From: Octopus vulgaris
Taxonomy: Eukaryota
NCBI GenBank assembly: GCA_951406725.2
Contig: OX597820.1
Span: 97,774,001 to 97,838,000, forward strand
Direction: 5' to 3'
Length of the DNA stretch: 64,000 bases
The notes beneath the pieces were generated by a model. The model saw nothing but the letters and a program-made list of their open reading frames with translations. It had not been told where the DNA came from and made no database searches. Of this stretch, positions 54,974 to 64,000 are shown piece by piece. The number at the start of each line of letters is the position of its first letter. Positions within the stretch are counted from its first letter, which is position 1. The translations under genes and the position numbers were made by a program.

Positions 54974-55336
54974 GGTTTCAGGTTCAGTCCCACCGCGTGG
55001 CATCTTGGGCAATTGTCTACCAAAGCTTTGTGAGTGGATTTGGTAGACGGAAACTGAAAGAAGCCCGTCGCATATATATATATTCGGGGATATATATATA
55101 TATCCCCGAATCTAAGCTTCGTAAATATTATAAACAGTATCATTAATATAAAGTATATGTCTGAATAACTAAGAGCGGATTTCTTCATTCAGCTGGGTCT
55201 CATTATCTGCATACGCTGCAAGAATATTATGCGGCCGGCACTTATGCCCCAAATTTGATATTCATTTAATATTATTGAGTAACAAGGTGCCTCAGTTTAA
55301 GTGCCTAATTCAACTGAAACTTAATTGTATTATATG

Positions 55337-55400
<64 letters not shown>

Positions 55401-56821
55401 TATATGAGTACAGGACGTCACCAACAGTGTAAACAATATGAAATACAAAAACAAACGAGTTAAATACGCAAACGACGAGAGAAAAATGGAGAACTGGACC
55501 AAGAAACACAAAGAATGACCCTTCATCAGTTGTCGGCTGTCTGTCTTCTCCTCATTTCGAGCATTCAACGACAACATGAGTCTTCAAAGACAGTTGCTCC
55601 CATAAATTCTGGATTAAAATTTAGGATTTATTGAGGGTCAAAGCAGGACAGTGGAGACATATAAGGACACCGAACGAAAACAAACATGGAGGGTCGTTTG
55701 TGTGTTTACCTCCTCGTAACCTAGCAGTTTGGCAAAGAAGACCGACAGAATAAGTTTTAGGCTTACAAGAATAAGTCCTGGGATCGATTTCTTCAACTAA
55801 AACTTTTAAGGCGGTACTCCAGCATGGCTGCGGTCAAATGACTGAAACAAGTAAAAGGATAAAAGAATACTTGAAAAAATATATTTTATTATTGTTCGGC
55901 AGAAATTCATATAAATGAGTCAATGGCCAATAGTTTCGTATATGGCATATATCTATATGAATTCATACGCACATACTCACGTCAACTCTAGGTTTGGGTG
56001 TGTCCAGTTATTGTGTACGGATGTTTTTACACAGAAGCTACACGATTGAAACGCCTAAAACCATAAATATTTTGATTCCCCATCACTCAAGAAAAGGTGG
56101 TATCACTTATTTGAAGCAACAAGTTGTTTGAAACGAAAGAAAAAGGAAAAGAAAACAAAGAAATTAATTAGAAAAGCGTTCCATGAGAGAAAACGTGCAA
56201 AACCCTATGGCGGCCACCAAATCATTAGAGCGTGATGATTTCATGCTTACTGAAAGCCCCACGAGCATGCGCTGTATAGGAGAGTGAATCGAGGCAGTAT
56301 CATAGAGTATGTGTTCGTTCATACCGTTTTCATCGCAGGTTATGAAATATAAATATTGAGTGACAAATGGATAGATGAAGGAATAAATGTATTTATGTGA
56401 GGGTGAATGACCGAAGGATTAAGCAATAAAAGTAAAGACAATAAGAAGTTATCGAAGCAAAAGACCCATCGCACGAGAACGGGAGGACGGATTTAAAGAA
56501 GTGGGGAAAAGGAAAGAAAGAAGGGCAAGTGAATAAGTAAGGGTGAGAATAAATTTATAAATGATTAATGAACGAAGGATGAGTCGAGTAAGTGAAACAG
56601 ATAGAAAGAAAAAAAGACACAGAAATATTCTTTTCTACTTTAGGCACAAGGCCCGACATTTCTTGGGAGGGGGCCAGTCGATTATATCGACCCCAGTGCG
56701 TAAATGGTACTTATTTAATCGACCCCGAAAGGATGAAAGGCAAAGTCGACCGCGGTGGAATTTGAACTCAGAACGTAGCGGTAGACGAAATACCGCTAAG
56801 CATTTCACCCGGCGTTTCTGC

Positions 56822-56854
<33 letters not shown>

Positions 56855-56975
56855 AAGCTGATGTTGATAATGATGGAAAGAAAGAAAGAAAGAAATTAAA
56901 AAGAGATGAAGAGAAAGAAAATTAATGAAATCTATCAACTGGAGAAGTTATTACATCTGGTGATTCTGTCTTAAC
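56822..56975 (-). repeat. Inverted copy of 57999-58152 inserted into a SINE, with a 12-bp duplication
   Basis: No mismatch seen against the reverse complement; CGTTTCTGCTAG at 56813-56824 and 56975-56986. Confidence 0.9.
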
Positions 56976-58119
56976 GTTTCTGCTAGCTCGCCGCCTTAAA
57001 GGCACAGAAATATTCTTTTTTACTTTAGGTACAAGGCCCGAAAGTTTTTGGGGAGAGGACCAGCCGAGTAGATCGACGCCAGTACGCAACTGGTACTTAA
57101 TTTAAGTCGATTATATCGACCCCAGTGTGTAACTGGTACTTATTTAATCGAGCCCGAAATGATGAAAGGCAAAGTCGACCTCAACGGAATTTGAATTCAG
57201 AACGTAAAGACAGACGAAATACTGCTAAGTATTTCGCCTGGAGTGCTTATGTTTCTGCCAGCTCGCCGTCTTAAAGACACAGATATATTGAGAGACAAAT
57301 TGAAAGAAGACAGAAAGAAACTTAAAAGGCAAAAAAAAAAAAAAAAAACCCCAAAAAAACGTGAAGATAGAAAAATAGAAAGAGAGAATGACAGAAAGAA
57401 AATAAAATAAATGCACATTCCTGTATGGTGTTACGTTGATGTTGTATCTGGCAACTGAAACACTTTGATCTTATTTAGAGGTGTATATAAGAAGTATAAT
57501 CAATTTCTTGCAGCTAAATTTTAACAAAATCTTATATCGACCCCTAAGGGCCATATGGATCCTGGTCGAGGACCACTATTTTATAATTTTATTCAGCACT
57601 TTTTATGAAATCTTATTGCAAATGTCTGCTTTGTTGTTGGTCATGTAAAATCAAGATCAAGCAAATTTATAATCAGTCAATCCAGTTGCGACCATTCCTT
57701 AGTCCTTTTACATTTTTTTGGTAGTATGTAAGACTGTCACATTTAAATGTGACAGTCCACATTTCTAGTGTTCAGGCTCCATCGCTGCGCACATGCGTGG
57801 GCGTGTATGTGCGTGTATATGCGCGTGTGTATGTGTGTGTGTGCGTGTGTGTGCATGTGTGTGTGTGCGCGTGTGTGCACGGGTGCACGGGAGAAATATA
57901 TTTTAAAACATGTTATTTTCTCCTCCTTTGTCGCTTCAATACCTCTCATCTCATTTCCTCATCCATCTTGGCGAAGTAACCCTTCCGGATGTTAACCAGT
58001 TAAGACAGAATCACCAGATGTAATAACTTCTCCAGTTGATAGATTTCATTAATTTTCTTTCTCTTCATCTCTTTTTAATTTCTTTCTTTCTTTCTTTCCA
58101 TCATTATCAACATCAGCTT

Positions 58120-58171
<52 letters not shown>

Positions 58172-59081
58172 CATCACTCTTGCCGCTATTGCAGCTGTTT
58201 CTGTTCCACCCGCCCCTCCTGTCCTCCCGCTCCGACTCCCGCTCCTCCCGCTCCTTCCGCTCCAACTCTTGCTCCTCCTGCACCTCCTCCCGCTCTTTCC
58301 GCTCCTCCTCCCCCGCCCTCCCCTCGTCGTCGTCGTCGTCGTCCTCCTCCTCCTCCTCCTCCTCCTCCTCCTCCTCCTACTACTACTACTACAGCTTCGT
58401 TTCGGTCATTTAAACTAATATTAAAGACAGATATCATAAAAGCATTAAAATTACACGCATACGCACACATCTTTCCCCTCCCTCTCTCCATCCATCAATC
58501 CATCCATCCGTCCATGCATGCATCCATCCATCCATCCATCCATGCGTACATACATAAATCCATACACATATTATGGTGGGATCAGTGGCTGGATTTGGAA
58601 AGTGAACTGCATGCTTGACGAAGACATCAACCCGAGCGGAGGACAGCTATGTTGAAATGCGTCAAGGCAAGCGGAGCTGTGCTGGCTGGAGGTTGCGATA
58701 GAGGCATGTGCTGGAAAGACATATGAAGTACTCAGGCTTACCCCCACTCCACCATACCCGTGGGATCAGAAGACCCTGCGGCGCTATGAACATATATATA
58801 TATATATATGTGGATTCCTATGATAAAGTGTTTTAATGTACACTAATTTTCTTGTACGCTAGGCCACTGGTAGTAAAAGTTTCTATAATTTTTACTACCC
58901 TGATATCATTTATTATGTTTAATGATTTCTGGTAGATTCGTTCGAAGATTTTACCGGCATCTTCTTGTTGCCGACTAAAAAGACTGCACTTGCGCAGTGG
59001 ATTTGAAAAAAATTAAAATGTACAAGCAATGAGTTACATGCTAGTTCGGCCTCGTTGTTTGTATATTTAACCTAAGGCATC

Positions 59082-59148
59082 CCCGCTGATGAAGACTTAG
59101 CCTTAGTGAATAATAATTTTTATTTACTAAAATAAGTCATGGTCCGGG
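59082..59148 (+). ncRNA. Hammerhead relic lacking GAAAC; element about 58810-59280 with a short direct repeat
   Basis: cccg-CTGATGA-a-gactta..ttagtgaataa/ttatttactaa..taagtc-a-tg-GTC-cggg. Confidence 0.7.
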
Positions 59149-59294
59149 AATTAGATGGTAAATGTTTTTATTTTTCATTCCCTTCGAGAATTTATCCTTA
59201 ATTAGTGGTTTGTTCTTTCTAGCGTAATGGATTCCTATAATGGAAGCCTCTTAATGTATTTTAATACACACTGTATTATATATATATATATATT

Positions 59295-59451
59295 ACAGTT
59301 CTATATTTAAGAGATGAGGAATTACATACATTATTCACATTATTCACATTATTTACATTATTTACATTTGACGGTTATTTATCCTCAAATAACAACAAAC
59401 AATATGAGGACAAATAACCGTCAAATGTAAATAATGTAAATAATGTGAACA

Positions 59452-59497
<46 letters not shown>

Positions 59498-59556
59498 GTT
59501 AACAACAAACAAGATGAGGACAAATATCGTCAAATGTAAATAATGGAAATAATGTA
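59295..59556. repeat. Inverted and tandem fragments of the same PLE tail as 2041-2073
   Basis: 59354-59388 is inverted at 59405-59445, with a third copy at 59498-59556; shares AATGTAAAT...TAATTCCT. Confidence 0.75.
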
Positions 59557-59612
59557 TATATATATATATTATGCGCAACTCATTGTCTCTCGAGACAAAA
59601 AGGATGCCAACA

Positions 59613-59700
<88 letters not shown>

Positions 59701-59935
59701 ATATATATATATATATATATATCAATCTTTTATCATTTACTTGTTTTAGTCAGTAGACTACGGCCATGCTGGGGCTTCACCTTGAGGAATTTTTAGTCCA
59801 ATGAATCGACCCCAGTACTATTTTTTTCTTTTTAAAACCTGGTACTTATTCGAAATGGAGACATAAAAGATCAAGTTGAGCCCGGACACCCAGTATTCTG
59901 CTTTAGAAGCGTATTAATTTGAGTCCGTTAAATAC

Positions 59936-60830
59936 AATTTACTTCTTTCGTTGTCTAATTTATACTTTAAGTATACATTTAACTCGTCTTCAGAAAACCG
60001 GAAATACAGAAATCGGGTCCACTTCCGTATATTTGGTCCTGTACTGTAATAGCATAAAATCTCAGATATATACTGAAGTCGGAATATTGAAACGTTGTAG
60101 TGGTTATCTTTTTCCGGTAGCCATTAGGAATTATTTATCAGGGTTGTTTTCCTTACCTCATCAACCGTCTTGTTCGTTATATTAGTTCTCGGACAAAATG
60201 TCTTGCAGAGTTATTTCATTACTTGCGAACGAGAGATGAATAGCACGAATTTAGGGATGGGTAAATCCGGATTGCAGATGTGGCGGGTGTCTGGGAAATA
60301 TCGTCTGATTGATTAACCGTAATAGACAGCATAAGTCCAAGGGACGGGGCATAAATTCCTACTGGACTGAACTGCTGACAGTCTTTGGAAGACGGTGTTA
60401 ATTAATCATTATCAAAACAGCTTTCCCTAGCTAAATAAAAGTTCTTCAATGTTGATATGAAAATAGTTACTCCTTACGGTTTACAATGTTTGAAATTTAG
60501 TTCAGTTTTATTTTTCTCCTGGATAGTGGTCGTGGTGATGGTTGAAGTAAATTCTAAGAACGAATCTTAATCGTGACTTAAGTTTAATCCGTTAAAGAAT
60601 CCTTAGAAGAATTAATTTTATTTTATTTTTAAATATGATTCCTTCGAATGGAAGTGGAAGTGTTCATGCGAAACTCAATGGAATTACTGTTGATCTTCTG
60701 GAAGGAAGTAGGGATAGTTTTCTATGGATTATTCCGCTCGGATTGTTTTAAAAGAAAAGCTTTCATTAAAAGTTGATATCAACAGAGGTATTAATTAATA
60801 TTCATAAGTTCAAAAGCCTTAGAATATTCT
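59936..60830 (-). mobile_element. Highly decayed PLE remnant with a possible hammerhead relic at 59936-59997
   Basis: Minus: SSSVQ*EF...YAVYYG*SIRR resembles GIY-YIG; tttt-CTGAAGA...tatactt/aagtata...GAAA-gaa-GTA-aa. Confidence 0.4.
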
Positions 60831-61780
60831 TTATTTTATGTTAAATTGGAAATATGCGCCTTGTCGGTGTCACAGATATAGCCATACATTCAAGAAATTG
60901 TTTTCTACCGCGTGGTATCAGGTTCGATTCCACGATACGCCATCTTGAGCAAGCAAGCAAGCGTCTTCTTCTGTTGTCTTTGTTGGATCAATGCCGTGTC
61001 TGTGGAATTTAGTAGGCAATAACTCTACCGAATTATATGTGTATATGAGAATATGTGCGTGCGTACGTGTGTGTATGAGAGAGAGAGACAGTGTGAGTGT
61101 ATGTGAGAGAGTGAGTGTGAATGTGTGTGTGTTTGTTTCTTCTCGAGCCATCCCTGGCTCATAAGAGCTGGTTTCCCGGTTTCCTTGGCGTATAGGTTCC
61201 CCACCTGGACGGGACGCCGGTCCGTCGCAGGTGAGCTGCAAGATGCAGGAGAAAACAGCGAGAGAAACTTGTGGCGAAAGAGTCAGCAGAAGTTCGCCAT
61301 TACCTTCTGCCGTGTAGCTTAGGTATTTCACTCATAAACACACACATCAACCGGTCTGAGATTTGAACCTGCGATCCCTCAACCGCGAGTCCGCTGCTTT
61401 AACCACTAGGCCATGTGCCTCCACAGTGTATGTGTGTATGTGTGTGTGTGTGTGTGTGCATATCTTGTTTATGTAAAAAATATGTTTATGTTTATTCCTT
61501 GTTTATGTAAAAAAAAAAAAAAATTAAATTAACGATTCGATAATTAGAGGTTGATAAAAAATGATCACTAGACTGTATTCAGTACTAAGGTTGCTAAATT
61601 TGACTAGTAATCCTTAAAGGATGTTAGCCGGTCATTTCCAATGATTGGAACCAGACGGAAAAGAACGGGAACGGCACAGCTGCTTGTGCCGATAAGGAGT
61701 TGGACAACAGCTTGAGGAGTGGACAGTTTGTACCCCATCGGTAGTGTGACATTACGCTCTTGGATTAAGATTTTATCTTT

Positions 61781-61816
<36 letters not shown>

Positions 61817-61941
61817 CTTTTCTACTAAAGGCACAAGCCCTGAAATTTTGAGCGGGGAGGAGATTAGTCGATTACACTGGTACCTAATTTACCGACCCCT
61901 AAAGGCTGAAAGGCAAAGTCGACTTCAGCGGAATTTGAATA

Positions 61942-62008
<67 letters not shown>

Positions 62009-62031
62009 TGATGATGATGATGATGATGATG

Positions 62032-62099
<68 letters not shown>

Positions 62100-62121
62100 A
62101 TAATAATAATCATAATAATAA

Positions 62122-62440
62122 TAAAACTCTCAAAATACAAAGACCTGGAAATAGAGGTAACTAGAATGTGGAATCTGAAAACAAACAATTCCTATCATAG
62201 TAGGTGCATTAGGCATGATAAAAAAATATTCAGACAAATACATAACAAAAACACCTGGACTTACAAACACATATAACATACAGAAAATTGCACTACTAGG
62301 CACTGCACGCATCCTACGCAGAACACTTTCCATACAATAACCATCAGAGCATCACAACAAATCACAGCACATACCCAAGGCACACAGAGCTGCGCTCGGT
62401 AGTGAAGTGAAAGCACGCTATAAAAATAAAACTACTGAAT
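62122..62440 (+). mobile_element. R4/Dong LINE 3' end in (TAA)n; relative at 51905-52160 (minus)
   Basis: KLSKYKDLEIEVTRMWNLKT..IPIIVGALG...IQKIALLGTARILRRTL. Confidence 0.9.
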
Positions 62441-63054
62441 AATAATAATAATAATAATAACGATAATAATGATAATTATAATGATGTTGATGATGATGAT
62501 GATGATAATAATATTAACAACAACAACAATAGTAATAATACTAATAATAACGATAATAATGTCCTGATGCAGTACCAGGCAGTGTCTTTCATGGCTTCTG
62601 ATCTTAACTGATTAGAAGTGTTATCATGTACGTTGTTTTGTCTTGGGCTACAGCAAATATTCTGCTCAGTACCACAGATTTGCTTGTTAGTTGTTTGACC
62701 TTAACCAGTTGAGTAGAAGTAGTAGGGGAGCATCATTGCCATGTGTTAAGAGGAATTCTTTGAGGTTTGGATAATTCTCCTTTGGGAACATGGGTGTTTC
62801 GTTTATCATCCTTAAACAAACCTTATTCAGGGACTTTTTGAGCAGGTTGGGCAACTCGACCTGAAGAAAATTCTAACTGGGCCCCCACCTACAAGGTCAT
62901 GCAGTGTTTATCTTGATATGAGATCACCATGTCACGCACATATGGTTGTGATGCATGTGCCTGGTGTACCCTTATCAGACAGGTAGTCTTGATGGGTATA
63001 CTGGGCTTCATATATTTTACCTCAATGTCACTTTGATGGCATGCACTGCTCACT

Positions 63055-63085
<31 letters not shown>

Positions 63086-63088
63086 AAC

Positions 63089-63152
<64 letters not shown>

Positions 63153-64000
63153 GTTGAAGGCAGGAGCTATTACATATGCAATCAACTTGTTTCGTATGGT
63201 CATCAAATATTCCTCAAATATTCAAAGGAAAAAAAAAACGGAATAAGAAGGACACATTTAATGGTGTAATCTCTGCGATATACCCAGCCTGAACAAAAAA
63301 ATAGCAAAAGATTAATAATAGACACAGCTTGACAAAGTTTTCAACAAGAACAATAACGGCAGCATAAAATATGAACCAAAATGAATGCAACAGATATCAT
63401 AAAAAATTACGATACAATTACGTTAAAATGAAATCTACCGTCCCTCTTGTTTATTGTCCCTCGTTTATTCCATACTTCTCACAATGCCTTCATATTTACT
63501 CTCTTTCTCTTGTCTTCTACCTTACTCTCCATAGCTCCCCTTCACTCAATTTCTCATAATAATCCTTTAATATGTTGTCAAGTGAGAGTTATTGATACTA
63601 TTGGTCTCTACACTTTAATGTAAAGAAATAAAATCATATAATAAATGTTGACAGTTACATTTGAATAAAATAATCGGAGCAAACAAGATAAAAAATAAAT
63701 CCAGCTTAAAGTTTTGTATATTAGTTGTAGGTTTAGTTGCTTGTACTATTTTGTAGGTGTGTTCGATACTGTCTTTCAGTGTGGTGACCTCACCACTATC
63801 TCGACCTGTGTCAGATTCAATTTTTAGAAGTCTGACCAACATCCGGTTACTACCACTCCGTGTTTATTGTCTTCCGTTCATCCCCTCTCTCACATCCAGC
63901 TTTCATATACTAGTAAATCTCTTCTTTGCGACACTATATATTGTCCACTCCTCCTTCTCTGCCTTCAGTGAGACAAACAACACCCACTTTCCGTCCACTT

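Overview
Eukaryotic, AT-rich, microsatellite-saturated non-coding DNA. The SINE families and repeat landscape point to an octopus (coleoid cephalopod) genome; that assignment is an inference. I found no credible host exon, and nearly all listed ORFs are translations of simple repeats. The window is a mosaic of decayed mobile elements: tRNA-derived SINEs (CORE-like, Meta-domain and tRNA-Arg-like), R4/Dong LINE pieces in (TAA)n, CR1 and RTE fragments, mariner remnants, two non-autonomous Helitrons, a pogo-type MITE and many Penelope-like element (PLE) remnants. The strongest hidden signal is about 15 minimal type I hammerhead-ribozyme motifs (CUGANGA...GAAAC-palindrome-GUH) from roughly 8 unrelated PLE-type families. 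Many sit in long fold-back palindromes inserted in (TA)n. One five-copy family has a non-canonical core (CUGUNGA, A6U) and a loopless stem III. Also notable: a PLE endonuclease ORF followed by a tRNA-like Pol III cassette, concatemeric SINEs with one fixed junction, and a locally templated inverted insertion with a 12-bp duplication. All motifs were read by eye and coordinates are approximate to a few bases.
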